DNA of 62,847 nucleotides, the filler included, from Reclinomonas americana ATCC 50394 (lineage: Eukaryota): NCBI GenBank assembly GCA_048213135.1. It is 5 parts of 3 records of this genome, joined end to end, with 100 filler letters (N's around TTAATTAATTAA, not from the genome) between each part and the next. Parts side by side here need not be neighbours in the genome. Positions count along the whole stretch, not along the records: positions 1 to 10,495 come from PS015471.1; positions 10,596 to 33,914 come from PS015471.1; 3 more parts are not named here. One strand, written 5' to 3'. Positions 1 through 13,200 of this stretch are shown here, piece by piece. A program made the translations under genes and the position numbers. The notes under the pieces were generated by a model. That model was not told the DNA's origin, made no database searches, and saw nothing but the letters and a program-made list of their open reading frames with translations. How positions within the stretch are numbered: position 1 is the first letter of the stretch; each line of letters starts with the position of its first letter.

Positions 1-30
1 TTTGATTGCCTTTTCTCCCTCGCTGGATAG

Positions 31-3000
31 GATGGTGAAAAGTACGTGGCGACGCACGACTTTGTGTCGGAGAGCGATCACGAGTTGTCGGTTCGAGACG
101 GGCAGCTGGTGCTGGTGCTGTCGGTCGAGGAGAACGGGTGGTGCTTGGGCCAGATTTATGAGGAGAAACCAGTCTCATCGCAACTGCAACCAATGGGCTG
201 GGTGCCGCTGTCGCACTTGCAGAGGGTTCACGTACCGGGCCCAGAGTCGCTGACACGAACGCCCCCCGCTCGCTTCGAGAGAGACTATCCACCCGCAGGC
301 GCCACTGCCGAGACCGTGAATCCGCTGTACGCGTCGCCAGCTGCCAAGATGCCCGACGTGAGCTTTGTGGCGCACGCTGACGACACGCCGGTAGTGCCTC
401 GGCGCTCCAGCGTCACTATCCGTCCGGATGCAGACGCCGCACCGATGGCTGCGGCAGCTGGTCGTCCGCGAGCGGGATCCGCCAGTGGTGGAGTGCCACC
501 GCTGATGCCCGCACTTCCGCAACTACCGCCGGCGCAGCCACAGCCACAGTCGCAGAACACGGGCACCGGTCGTCCTGCCAACATCTCGCCGGGAAGATCA
601 CGCGCCTCCACTGTCGGGGCGATGCCGAGCGCACTGAACACTGCGAAGTTCCTCGCGCATCCCGGTGCCTCGGGCATGCAGCAGCTATCGCTGCCTCTCC
701 CACCGCAGCTGCCGGTCAGAATTCCGGCACAGGGATCGCAGTCGAACCGCTCCTCTCGTGGTGTGTGCATCCGTGTGAAGCTCTGTGTGTGTGTTTTTTT
801 CTCGCTGCTCATGTGCTCTCTCGGCGCAGATTTGACTCCAGCGGCGCCCGCCTCACAAGGAGAAGCCGGCATGCTCAATCCAATCCCAACACCACCCGCA
901 ATGGCGCGTCCTGCCCCAGTGGCTCGACCGGCGCTCTCGACACGGAATGCACCCGGTGGCACCAACAATCGCGACTCGTTCCGCGAGTTGCCGCTGGACG
1001 AGGAACCAATCGGTAAAATACCCATTACTGTGGTAGTGTGTGTGGCTTGTGCGCTCACGTGTGGTGATTTGCATCTGCAGTCAATGGCGTGTCCACGGTT
1101 CAGCCGCCGTCGCAACGGTACGTTTGGAATCGTGTGTTCCATCTCCGCCCTCGTCACCGCTGCTCATCTTCTCTTCACATGCAGTGAGGGCGAACTGCGC
1201 AGTGTCAAGTACTGGAAGGACAGAAGCATGATGCTGGAGAATGGTGTGTGTGCTGACTAAAGGCATACTGTACCACCAACCCATGCTTTTGTCAACTGAT
1301 CGGTGACATGCAGAGGCCAACGAGCTGAAGCACAACAATGAGGTTCTGGGGAAGCGAGTCCAGGAACTGGAGCGCGATCAGTCCAATGTGCGTGCGAGGG
1401 ACGGTGCATTTGTTTCCCCATGTGAGGCACACGCTGACTGCGGGCGAAAAAATTCGTGTAGGTGGAGTTGGAGATTCACACATTGGCCTCGGAGCTGGAG
1501 AGGGAGCGCGAAACCTATCGGGAGCTGGAACAGAAGCTGGGTATGGGTTCGAATGGGCAAGACGGAGACAGCCCGTCAAAGCGACCATTCGACGCCGTCG
1601 CAGCCGATGTGTTGCGTTTCTCCCACGTTGAACCCTCGTGGAACGGGACTTGCTGCTGACGTGTGGATATACACACACACAGGCTCAAGGAGCAAGTGCA
1701 ACATCTGCAAGAGGAACTCATTCGTGCCAAGATGTCCAACGAGCAGCTGCAGTCGGAGAACGCGCACTTGCATGGGTGAGTGGTTGACAGTGTTGTGCAC
1801 ATGCACACTTCGATGGCGAACTCAATCAATGGTGTCGTGTCAGTCTGGTGCGCAAGTACAAGAAGGAGAACGCGGTGGCTAACGCAGCCGTGGCGGAGGC
1901 GTCTCAAGAAAAGACCAAACTGGAGCAGGAGGTCGAGAAGGACACAATGGCGAACGACCGCGTGCAGCGACTGACACGTGAGAACGCCCGTCTCAAGTCG
2001 TACGTCGACGACTTGATTCGTGAACGATCGAGTGAGTCGAGCTTGCTGCGCTCTTCACCCCCACGTGCTGCCTTCTGAATTTAACTTTTGTGTGTGTATG
2101 GTAGCACTGAGCCAGCGTGTGGACGAACTGGCGGAGAGACTAAAGGCAGCAGAGGCAAACAGGCCACCGGTTGTCGAGCCTGTTCGGACGGCGACGCGGA
2201 CTCAGTCGGTAGGGCCTCAGCAGAGTGGGGGAAGGGGAAGGGGAAGGAAGTGGGAAGGAGGTGAGGGAGAAGACCTCGCCCTTCTCCCTCGTTGTTGCCT
2301 TTCGCCCTCCCCTTCCTCCCCCTTCCTCCCTCCCTTTTCCCCTCTCCCTCCCTTTTCCCCACTCCCTCCCCCTTTCCCCCCTCCGTCCCCCTTTCCTCCA
2401 TCCCTTCCCCCTTCCCCCTTCTGACACGTCTTGTTTTTTCACAGCCACTCTCATTCTTGGCCGACGTCCCGCCAGCTCCTCGCATGCCATCGTTTTCTGT
2501 GTATCCATACGCACAGCGAGTGCCAGTAGAGTCAGCACCGTCACTGGAACCGGCTCCGTCTCGATTGTCTTCCGCTCTGCCGATGCCGATGATGACAGAT
2601 ATCAAGTTGTGTGCACGCGCTCCGTCATTACTCGTGTGCGCGAGTTGCTGACAGCTCTCCTATTTTCCTCAGTGCTGCACCTGCGACATTTGGCGGTCAC
2701 CACAGACACGGTGAGCCGCTTGACTCCATCTCTTCGGTGGCGGCAGCGGCACCGTCGAACCGAAATCCGTCGGCATACGAGCTTGACGCATTGGAGCGTC
2801 GGCTGCGTGACAGCCTGCGGCGAATGGAGGAATCGAACTCGACTCTTGTGAGTGGTGAACCCGGTGGCGGTGGTGGTGGTGGTGGGCGAACTACGGCGCC
2901 AACAGCAGGCGCCGAATTCCGCTCCTACTACCATCCGCGGTCGGCTGACCCCATTGGTGCGTCGCCCATGCTTCAACTCGACGTCAAGCGGCCGGCGATC

Positions 3001-3586
3001 GTCTCTGCTGCGGCCGATCTTCGCGCACGCACGAGTGCAGTCGATGGCTACTCGCCGGTATGTGTGGTGTGGCATGTTTCTCTGACACTCCACCACCCTT
3101 TAGCTCACCAACTTGCACACACAGGATCATGGTGGCGGCCGTGCCGATCCGTTCCGCTCGTTGCAACGCGAACGAGAACGCCTCCTGCAAGACCAACTGA
3201 TGTACCCGCTGCCGTCGGTGCTCGGCAACGGCCACATCCCTGTCGCCGGCGTGCGACCCACGACTCCCCCTTCGCCCGGACGCTCGACCAGTCCATACGA
3301 CGCACTGGTATCGCGCATACAAAACAAGCTGGAGGAGGTGAGTCGCGATCGCGGCGCACCAACCCGGACCGCCGGACGCAGTACGGTGCTGCGAAATCCA
3401 TTCGAGGCCACCCTGCCTCCAAGCCACCTGCCTCCAGCCTCCTCCTCGTCGTCGCGACCCTCCAGCCCCACCGAGTACGGCAGTCGACCGTCGCTGAACG
3501 GACATGCCTACGCCGGCAACTCCCGAAAGGCTCCTCCACACCGCAAACCGCCACCCCCACACTACGGCGTGTCGGGGTTGTACTGA
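31..3586 (+). CDS. SH3-domain, Pro-rich, coiled-coil protein (multi-exon, 5' part upstream of window)
   Basis: Exon after AG at 29-30 reads DGEKYVATHDFVSESDHELSVRDGQLVLVLSVEENGWCLG...GWVPLSHL (SH3). A Pro-rich region and coiled-coil exons follow, joined by about 11 GT-AG introns; stop TGA at 3584-3586. Confidence 0.8.
2227..2422. repeat. Polypurine (GGGAA-like) tract followed by long polypyrimidine (CCCTT-like) tract, intronic
   Basis: Visible directly inside the intron 2209-2444. Confidence 0.85.
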
Positions 3587-3706
3587 ATACACATAACAAT
3601 CTCTCATAGTTGTGTAAAAAAAAAAGCGGTCGCGAAGGGCGTGGAAAAGGCGGGACCAAAATCGCGAACACACATTGTATTGGCACAAGCGGCTCCAGTC
3701 ACTCTC

Positions 3707-6381
3707 ATGAGCCACGACGACGGCTTCGAGGACCCATGTGCACTACAAGAGGATCGCAGACCTAGTCTACAGGTGCCTTGACACACGCACACACGCACAC
3801 ACTCACTCACTTCTCTGCTCCTCGGAGGAATTCTTTTTGTTGAGCTCACACACACATTGACATAGGTCTGTGTGGGCTCCGTGCCGCAAGCCTCTCCCGT
3901 CACCACACACTTCGTGTCACGCGAGGAGGAGGAGGCACACGAGAAGACGATGATGCCTGCTCATCCGCCAATCATTGATCATCAGCCTGACAGCGACGAT
4001 GATGATGCGGAAGAGGAGGAAGATGATGATGNNNNNNNNNNNNNNNNNNNNNNNNNNNNNNNNNNNNNNNNNNNNNNNNNNNNNNNNNNNNNNNNNNNNN
4101 NNNNNNNNNNNNNNNNNNNNGGAAGAAGAGTGGTGCGTCGTCGCTGACGCGCTGTGCATGCAGTCCGGTGTCGGTGTTGCCAGCAGAGTTGCACGTGACG
4201 GTGTGGGACGCGGTGAAACCACTGCAAGAGAATCACGTCTTTCTCGGGTACACGCGGTACAATGTTGCCGAGTTGCTCGAGAATCCTGGTGCACAAGCGC
4301 GGCAGTTCCCGCTGGGCACCAGCAAGCCGCGCGACAGTGCTGTCGGGACCCTCTCCCTCAGTCTGACGCTGAATTTTGCACATGTGAGTCCTCCTTTTGG
4401 TTTTGCTTGTTCATGCTTGGTGCATTTGCTGACCTGATTGTGTGCACAGTTGTACACTACGCCCGTGCCGGAAACGTCGTTCTTTGGCAGTCCTCTCGCG
4501 CGAGTCATGCAGCGCTCCGACCACACACGGCACTCGTTGCCGGTGCCCTTGAAACGCGCCCTGCTGTGCATCCGTTCACAAGGTGCGCGCAACAGCTGTG
4601 TGGCATTGGGAGTTGATGGGTGAGCTGAACAGAGTTGTATCCGACTCGGCAGGGTTGAATTTCGATGGCGTCTTCCGTGTTAGTGGCCTCCGCTCTCGTC
4701 TCGACACACTAAAGATGCGATTCGATCGCGGCGAGGACATCCACCTGCTCAGCCAGTCGGAGGTCGACATTCCCACTGTGGCCAGTCTCATCAAGCTCTA
4801 CTTCCGCGAGCTGCCAGAACCGATCGTGACATTCGATCAGTATCGCAAGGCGGTGCACATTGGTGGTGCGTCTCCTTCTCTCCTTTCTGTGCATTCGCTG
4901 TGCATTCTAGGACTCACGCGCGCGCGCGCGGGCGGACTGATGCAGAGCTTCCGGAGCACACGGATGCGGCGACGATTGTTGGTGTTCTGCGAGAGTTGAT
5001 CCACTCATTACCACCCATCAACATTCACCTGCTGCGCTGCACCTGTGCGCTGATGATGGAGGTGGCCGAGCACAGTGCGACAAATCGCATGCCACTCCAA
5101 AACCTCTCGATTGGTGCGTATCGCTGCGGTAAAAGTCAGCACTCTCTCTCCCCCTCTGCTCACCCACCGTAACGACGACAGTGTTCGGGCCGGCATTTTG
5201 TCGCAGCATGAGTGACTCACTGGAGACGGCACTCAGCGACACGAATTCCGCCAACCGGTGTGTGGCGCTGATTTTGCGACACTTTTCCGACCTGTTTGGC
5301 GTTGCGTTTTCGCCTGCTCGTGTATGAAACGAGGAGCGCAATCGCTGACTTGACTGCGCATTGACAGGACCACCGCTCCATTCTCGACATGATCGCCGGT
5401 GGTGAGTTTGGTGTCAAGCTTCATTGAGGTCACATCCAACTCACTTGCCGCTTCACAGAACCGGACGATCCCATTGTGCCACAGCGACCACCACCGGCCG
5501 ACCAGGATCTGTCGTTGTGGAATGTGGCTGTGTCCTCGTTCTCGTTGCTGCCACTGCCCGGAATGCCGCGTGTGGAATCGGAACCGGCGCCGGTGGCGGC
5601 AGAGCCCTCACCAGTTCAGGCAGTGGTGGATGTCGACGTGCACCACGACGACGATGCAGCAGTAGCTGTGGCTGCGGCGCCACCACCTGACGACTCTTCC
5701 AGCGACCATGCACTCCATGAGCCGGCTCCAGTGTCTGTGGATGATGATGTTGACGACAAAGGCGACGTCGATGATGCAGGTGGCGCAGACGATGTAGACC
5801 ACGCCGCAGCGGGTGAGGCAGGCGACGAAATCATTGACGACGACGGCGAGAATGGCGATGGTGCATGGACGGACTCGGGCAGCGAATCCGAGTCGTCGCC
5901 GTCGCCGCCACCACCGCCGCCAGCCGATGACGATGCCGTCAGCGACGATGATGCCTACGGTCGTGGTGCTGTTGACGAAAACGTAGAGCCGGCCGCTGCC
6001 GTTGGCGACAGCGAGTCATCGACTGCAGCGGCGGACGAGCCGGCTGCTGTGGTGGACGACGAAAGAAGGCCCGAGTCGATGGGCAGCCTGACGGCGGAGC
6101 TTGGCTCCGCGGGTGATCTCCTCGATGCCGCCGGTGCCTTCTCGCCCGTGTCTTCCGGATCTCCGTCATCGTCGCCGTCGTCGTCGGCAAGTGGTGGCGG
6201 TCGCGAACGTGCGCCCACCGACATGCTGTCGATTCGAGCACGAACAATGGCCGCCGCCTTCCGTTCCGGTAGTGTTCCCGGTGCCACCATCGCCGCCATG
6301 TTTGCTTCCACACTTGTCACGTCCCCCAAGAACGTCGACGGCGACGACGAGGAGGATGAGAAGAAGAAGAAGAAACCATAA
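3707..6381 (+). CDS. C2-domain RhoGAP protein with acidic low-complexity tail
   Basis: C2-like LHVTVWDAVK...FLGYTRYNVAELL...GTLSLSL. RhoGAP motifs FFGSPL, GLNFDGVFRVSG, DIPTVASLIKLYFRELPEPI, NRMPLQNLSIVFGPAF after splicing. Spans an N gap at 4032-4120. Confidence 0.88.
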
Positions 6382-6467
6382 AAACGTCGACCCCATCTTC
6401 GTCCTGCATCTCATCCATCGATTAGATCTTCTTGTTGTTGTGTTGTTGAGCACGAGTAGAGAAAGCC

Positions 6468-6641
6468 ATGTTCTACTTGGTGAGTCTGTCTCTGCCTCCA
6501 CAGCACGCCAGTCGCACACCACGACGAGCTCACCTTGATCGCGCACACAGCTCAAGCTGAAGAGGCGCATTCAGTTGCAACCAAAGGAACTTGGTCGCGA
6601 GATCGCCGACAAGATCAGACGAGCACTCATTCGCGAGGTTC

Positions 6642-6672
<31 letters not shown>

Positions 6673-7350
6673 TGCACACACGCGCATGTCGAGTTGAATT
6701 TCGATCGCTCTGCAGGTGGAAGGCACATGTGACCAGAATGGATACATCATTGCGTTGCTGGAGATCACACACACGGGTGCCGGCAAGATCGACGAGCTCT
6801 CCGGTGCGGTGTCTTTCCAAGTGGAGTATCAGGCGCTCATCTTCAGACCCGAGAAGGGTGAAGTGTGCGACGGCGTGTGTCTGTCTGTGTCACAGGTGCG
6901 GTGTCTCGCCACCCTTTCTTCCCCCCCCTCACGCGCGTGTGCTCATCTTCTGAGTCACCACACGCGCACACAGCATGCCATCATCGTGCAGGTCGGGCCT
7001 GCGCAGGTGTTGGTGCCGCCGCAAGTTGTGTCAACATTGATCGACTCCTTTCGTGTCTGTGACCTGCTGATGCTGACGTCTCTCTCTCTGTTCTCCACAG
7101 ATGATTCCCGAGGAGATGAAGTTTGACAACTCGCAGACGCCCATGTTTGCCAACGAGGATCGCTCACTGAAGATCACACGCGGCACCGAGCTGCGCATTC
7201 AGATTTTCGGCACCAAGTTCATGGGCACCAGCATTGTTGCGTGTCGACTGTCAGGTTGTGCTTTGTGTTTTTCGGGGGCTGACGCAGGCTGTCCATGCGC
7301 AGAACGCACTGGGATCCATTCAGGGTGACTACTTGGGTCCAATCGGGTGA
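6468..7350 (+). CDS. RPB7: RNA polymerase II subunit RPB7
   Basis: Six exons splice to MFYL|LKLKRRIQLQPKELG...VEGTC..NGYIIA...IFRPEKGEVCDG...GTELRIQIFG...ALGSIQGDYLGPIG*. Confidence 0.9.
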
Positions 7351-7411
7351 GGTGTGGGAGGGGAGGAGCGAGAGCAGCACGAGAGGCAATGTACACTTGC
7401 GTGGCTTGTCG

Positions 7412-9538
7412 TTATCCGTCAATCAGCTGCTCGATTCTTCGCTCTCGTGCCGCCATGTCTTTTCTCTTGTCGACATCTCGGAAGTACCGTTCTGTCACGT
7501 GCTCAACAGCCGAGGTGAATACCCGCGCCGCATTCTGCCGCAGCTGCTGTCGCGGGGAGAGGTGAGTGGGCGACTGCGACAGTGGCGGTGGCGACGCCGT
7601 GTCTGGGCGATGCGGTGTCTCGGTGGCGTCGCCCGAGTTCTCCTGCGCCTGGAGGTGCGTCCACACCTCGAGGAGCTGCCGCTCCGACTCTTTCAGCGCC
7701 ACATCCACCAGTACGGGTTGAGGAACGAGCAGTTCTGCGCGGGCGGGGCAATGAGTAATGGGTGCGCCGCAGTGACGACAGTCACACGCTGACCAACCCG
7801 CAGCACTCGGCCAGTGTGTGGACATGCGCGGTGAGAGGCGAGGCGACGACCGATGGGTGCGTGGCGAGTGGGGAGAGCGTGGAGACTGCGGGGCACGCGC
7901 GGACATGGGTTGCGGCGCCGACTCCAAACGAGCCGACACCAACTCGGCATTTTCCTGCAAAGCAACCGAACTGTGAGCTGAGAAAAGCACACAAAAAGCG
8001 ATCGAAAGCAGAGCCGACCTTGACTTTGACGACCGCGGCCAAGTTCTCCAGTGACTCGCGTTGCTCAACCGACTGCGGCCGGCTGTCGTCGTCACTCAGC
8101 TTGTGCACCGTCGTGAGCGTCTGTCGCTCAATGCCCACTTGCAGAGCCTCGAGCTTGGAGCGCAAATGTGCCGACCACTGTGACGCAACCGCAGCAGCAG
8201 CATGGGAGTGTGTGAGTGAGACACAGAGAGAGAGAGATCGGAGACGAGTTCTTCATGTGAGTGAATGCGCACGTTTTGCGGGAGTGCCGCGTCTGGTCCT
8301 CCCACTGCACCCGCCGGTCCGAGCAATCGCAGATTGGTGGCACCTGGCGGAGGCGTTGGCACGGGCGTGGTGGCTGCCGACTGTGGCAAGCGTCAGAAGC
8401 CGCGATGGACGTGAGCAGAGTGAGAGACGCACGCACGCAACTGCACGTTGTGCTCGTGCACTATTCAGTCGACTGGCAGGCACCGACGGCAGCGACGGCG
8501 TGAGCGACATGGCCGACAGGGAGCCGGAGGGGTGGGGAGGTTCGTTTCCAGTGGCGTTGGCAGCTGCGCATGCGCGTCAGTCGTTGTGTATTTCCCAACC
8601 GCTCGCGATAGCTGAGACTCACCTCCAGTGTCGCCCCCTGGCTGCGCCGCATCGCCACCGGCAGAGTCGACCAGTGCCGGGCTCGGCTGTTCACGCGAGC
8701 GCACCTCTGGCGGAATTCTGCATCGCCCTCACTCATCAGTCTCATGGCCAACAACAAGCACGACGAACGAGCAACGCACAATGTCGGCATGGTCAGCGGC
8801 ACCTTTGCAGGCGACTTGGGTCTCTTTCTCGGCGTAATCACTGCCACAGAGGCGACAAGAGTGAGCAGCGCTGCTCAAACACAACACACACACTCACAGA
8901 GAGAAGAGAGTGCGCATCGCAACTCTCACGCTCCTGATCACGATACATCATGTCGGCCGCAGCCTCGGCCAGCAACGTATTGCGTGGCTCCAGCTCCGAC
9001 GCACGCGCAAAGCACCGGTGTGCCTCGCGGTACTGATACGACCGAGCATACGCCTGTGTGCGCAGAGTGAGGGGGAAAGAGTGATTGCGTGAGCAGTGTG
9101 TCACACGAGTGTGCTGACCTCGCCTCCCAACACCCAGCCCTCCACATCGTACGGAAGCAGACGCATCATGTTCTCGGCATCGAGACGCGCCGAACCCGAC
9201 AGGCCCAGCTTGAGATACGAACGTGCCCTCAGGCTCAACAGAAAACCATCAGCGGGCTCCACGACCAAACCCTGTCATCATCAAATGGCGAATGCGCGTG
9301 TGTGTGTGTGTGTGAGAAAGAGAGAGAGGTAGAGGAGAATGCGTGTGAGAGAGTGGCACCTTGGTGGCGAGGTCGGCCGCCTGCTGGTACTGCCCGCGCT
9401 CAAACAAATCAATGGCGCGTTGCGACAGCTGCTCGTGCTCACTGGCCGCTTTCCTGTGAACACCAGCCTGCAAGTCAGTCACTCACTACGCCACACTCTC
9501 TCTTTCACACACAGACACACGGACCTGCGCGAGGCCAT
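7412..9538 (-). CDS. TPR-repeat protein with low-complexity C-terminal half
   Basis: MASRR|KAASEHEQLSQRAIDLFERGQYQQAADLATK|GLVVEP...LRARSYLKLG...|AYARSYQYREAHRCFARASELEPRN gives three TPR-like units; intron phases are consistent. Confidence 0.75.
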
Positions 9539-10235
9539 TGTCGTGACTTTTCTCGACCGACGATGGAAAGAAAAAATCACACTGGCTCTCCTCTTGTCTG
9601 TCTGTCCCCCGTCTCTTTTGTTGCTAGAGGTTGTTTTCGTGGCACGCCGAGGTTGTGTGGTCGGTGTTAGAGTGGACTCGAGTACACCTCCTCTGCACGT
9701 GTGCGCCTTGCGACCTTTTCCCTCGCCAACACAGCAAGCAGCGGATCCACTCAGCTCTCTCTCACTCCCTCAAGCACTCTCTCTTTTTCCCATGGGCAGT
9801 CCAGCGTTGCGTACCCCTCGCCTGCTCTCTCTGCTTGCCTATATCTCTCGCCACCTGCATGTGCCCCACGCAAGCAGAAGGGCATCCCTCTTTGTGTGCT
9901 TGTTTTTTTTGTACCCGCTCTTTCCCCCCCGCTCTCCACTTGTTCCTCCTCCTCTTCCTCTCGTCTTGCTCTCTCAAAGCGCCGCTGTTCCGCGCCAGTG
10001 TGTGGGTTCCTGTCAGTAGAGCACTTCAGTGCATGTGCGGGGTGTGTGTGAGGGAGCGGCAGAGAGGCGCTGGCCATGCCCCATCGCCCCAAGCCAAAGA
10101 GCACGCACGCGCGCGCGCGCAAAATTTCTGTCATCACTCGTGCTGCCTTTCCTCCTCTCATCCTCCTCCTCCTCTACTGCTGCTCGTGGGTGTTGTTGGT
10201 GTGCACGTGACGTGTTTTGCTCATCGTGTGGCTGC

Positions 10236-13200
10236 ATGTCTGCGAAACACAGTCCGGAGACGTGGTGTGGCCAGGCGGAGGCCGTCCTCCGACAGATTGG
10301 AGAGCCGCTCTCCGTGACGCTCCTCTACGAGAAGATTGCCGAGCGGGGCGTGATGAAGACGAAAGCACGGTGAGTGGGTGGAGTCACGCAGACACACAGA
10401 CACACGCACATGCACACGCAGAGCAGACTGCGTGCATGTTTTGCAGTGTGTGATGTGAGCCGCCATGATTGTGTGTGCATGGTGTGTGTGTGTGTNNNNN
10501 NNNNNNNNNNNNNNNNNNNNNNNNNNNNNNNNNNNNNNNTTAATTAATTAANNNNNNNNNNNNNNNNNNNNNNNNNNNNNNNNNNNNNNNNNNNNGTGTG
10601 ATCATTGTGGTGTTACCGTTTGATGATGCGCGGTTGTGTAATAGACATGACAAGAGCAATGAGAATGGGCGAGTGAGCGAGAGAGTTGGTGAAGAGTGAG
10701 AGTGATCGTACACGAAATGTCATTTGGGCAGAAACCGTCTGTCGTGTTCGGAAATTCATGCAATCCATGACTGATTTTTTTGTTGCTCCCTCTCCTCATC
10801 CTCTGCAGGCATCCGGTCGAGGCTCTCAAGAAGGCCGTGTACAAGGAGACCACGCGAGTCGGTTCGGTGCTGGTGCAGCTCGATGATGGTCGGGTGTCAC
10901 TCACGGATTGGACACTGCAAGCGCTCTCGCCTGTTGCGTCCTCCCTCCGCTCCCCCCGTTGCATTTCCACCGCTTGCTAACACATACGTGCAGTCACGAG
11001 CTGGCACCAAGCGACCTCAAACACCGCTGGAGGGACTTGGTGAGGCGACAAGAGTCAGTGTGTGTGTTTCAATTTCTTCTCATCCTTTTTTCNNNNNNNN
11101 NNNNNNNNNNNNNNNNNNNNNNNNNNNNNNNNNNNNNNNNNNNNNNNNNNNNNNNNNNNNNNNNNNNNNNNNNNNNNNNNNNNNNNNNNNNNNNNNNNNN
11201 NNNNNNNNNNNNNNNNNNNNNNNNNNNNNNNNNNNNNNNNNNNNNNNNNNNNNNNNNNNNNNNNNNNNNNNNNNNNNNNNNNNNNNNNNNNNNNNNNNNN
11301 NNNNNNNNNNNNNNNNNNNNNNNNNNNNNNNNNNNNNNNNNNNNNNNNNNNNNNNNNNNNNNNNNNNNNNNNNNNNNNNNNNNNNNNNNNNNNNNNNNNN
11401 NNNNNNNNNNNNNNNNNNNNNNNNNNNNNNNNNNNNNNNNNNNNNNNNNNNNNNNNNNNNNNNNNNNNNNNNNNNNNNNNNNNNNNNNNNNNNNNNNNNN
11501 NNNNNNNNNNNNNNNNNNNNNNNNNNNNNNNNNNNNNNNNNNNNNNNNNNNNNNNNNNNNNNNNNNNNNNNNNNNNNNNNNNNNNNNNNNNNNNNNNNNN
11601 NNNNNNNNNNNNNNNNNNNNNNNNNNNNNNNNNNNNNNNNNNNNNNNNNNNNNNNNNNNNNNNNNNNNNNNNNNNNNNNNNNNNNNNNNNNNNNNNNNNN
11701 NTCCTCCTCATCTGCAGCCGAGATCTCACTACGAAAGAGACCACACACTGCTGCCGAGAAGCTCCAATCCCTTGTCGGTGTGGTAGCACCGCTTCTCCCG
11801 CCGCCAACACCGCCACCACCCCCTCCACCAGCCGCAGCGGCTGTCATTAGCTTGTCACCATCGTCCATGGCCTCGTCATCGTCACCGTCGCCGTCCTCAG
11901 CAGGTGGAGCCACAGCCACCAGCGTGTCACCGTCCAATGGCTCGCATGGACAGTTTGTGTCGCCACCTTCACGCAGCGCGCCACTCAAGCGCGCCTTCAA
12001 GGCCACGCACAAAATGTCTGGCAACGGCTCCTCGTCACCGACCAACGGCAGCAGCAGCAGCACAACCACCACCACTACCACAACAACAACTGTCGCCACC
12101 AGCAGCAGTTCTGCCGCCGCGGCGGCTGCGGCTGCTGCTGCTGCTGCTGGCAATGGCAGCAGTGCAGGAGCGTCGTCAAGGCGCGGCTCCATGATGGCGC
12201 CACCACCCATCATGACGGCACTACCGACAACGCCTCCCACTGGACCGCGTCCGCCGCCGGTTGAAATCTCCAAGGTTCGTTTCTATGTTGTTTCGTTGCC
12301 CTTGCATCATCGTGTATCTGACTTGCAATGCCGGCAGTGCTATGGTGTGGATGCCGGTGCGGTGGATGCGGAGAGCGAAAAGGCGGTCGACAACTCGCTG
12401 GACGCCGATGTGCGACTGGTGGTGGACAGTGGACGATCGGTGGTGTATGCGCACTCGGCACGGTTGACAGCCAGCTGCCCGTTCTTCGCCGCGCTGCTGA
12501 ACGAGCGCGCCAGCAAGCGGGCGGCAGCAGACAAGAAGGCAGCAGTCGCGATGCAAGACGACCGTGAGGGTGGCGATGCGCCGACTGTCACCGCGAGCAC
12601 AACCAATGTCGCCGACGCCGATGATATCGACTCGGCGAGCGTGCCGCGTGTGCTGTCACTGGAGGACGTGGAAATGGACGATCGCAATGCCCGTTCAAGT
12701 CCAAACACCACCAGCAAGTCGACGCTGCCGCCGCTGCCGCCCATGTCGGAGGCTGAATGTTGCGACTGAGTTTCTCTCTCCTTCAAAAGGAGTCTCTTGT
12801 GCGTTTAGCTCACACGCACACGTTTCTACGCAGTTGTGACGCTGGAAGTCGCCGGTGTCAGTCGCGAGGCCATGATTCGAACTCTGCAGTTCTTGTACAC
12901 GCAGCGTCTGCACGTCAGCACGAGCGTGGTGTTGCAGTTGGTGGCAGCTGCCCGCTCTCTGCATCTGCCGGTGATGCTGGCGCACTGCACGACATTCATG
13001 CACGAGAACCTGACGCCGCACCTGGCGCTGGCGTGCTGGGACTTGTCGCGAGCGGACCCGACGCTCTTCTCTGCCGCCTTCCTCGAGCACTGTGAACAGT
13101 TTGTGTCGCTGGAGATGAGCGCAGTGCTATCGGAGGACGCCTTTTTGCGTCTGTCGCCCGATTCGCTCCTGGCGTTCCTCGAGGCCTTCCACGAGTTCAT

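Noticed and set aside
8183..8189. GTTGCGT (minus) here and near 28893 and 35380 as splice donors
   Set aside because: They lie inside introns whose phase is satisfied by upstream normal donors; not counted in the shifted class.
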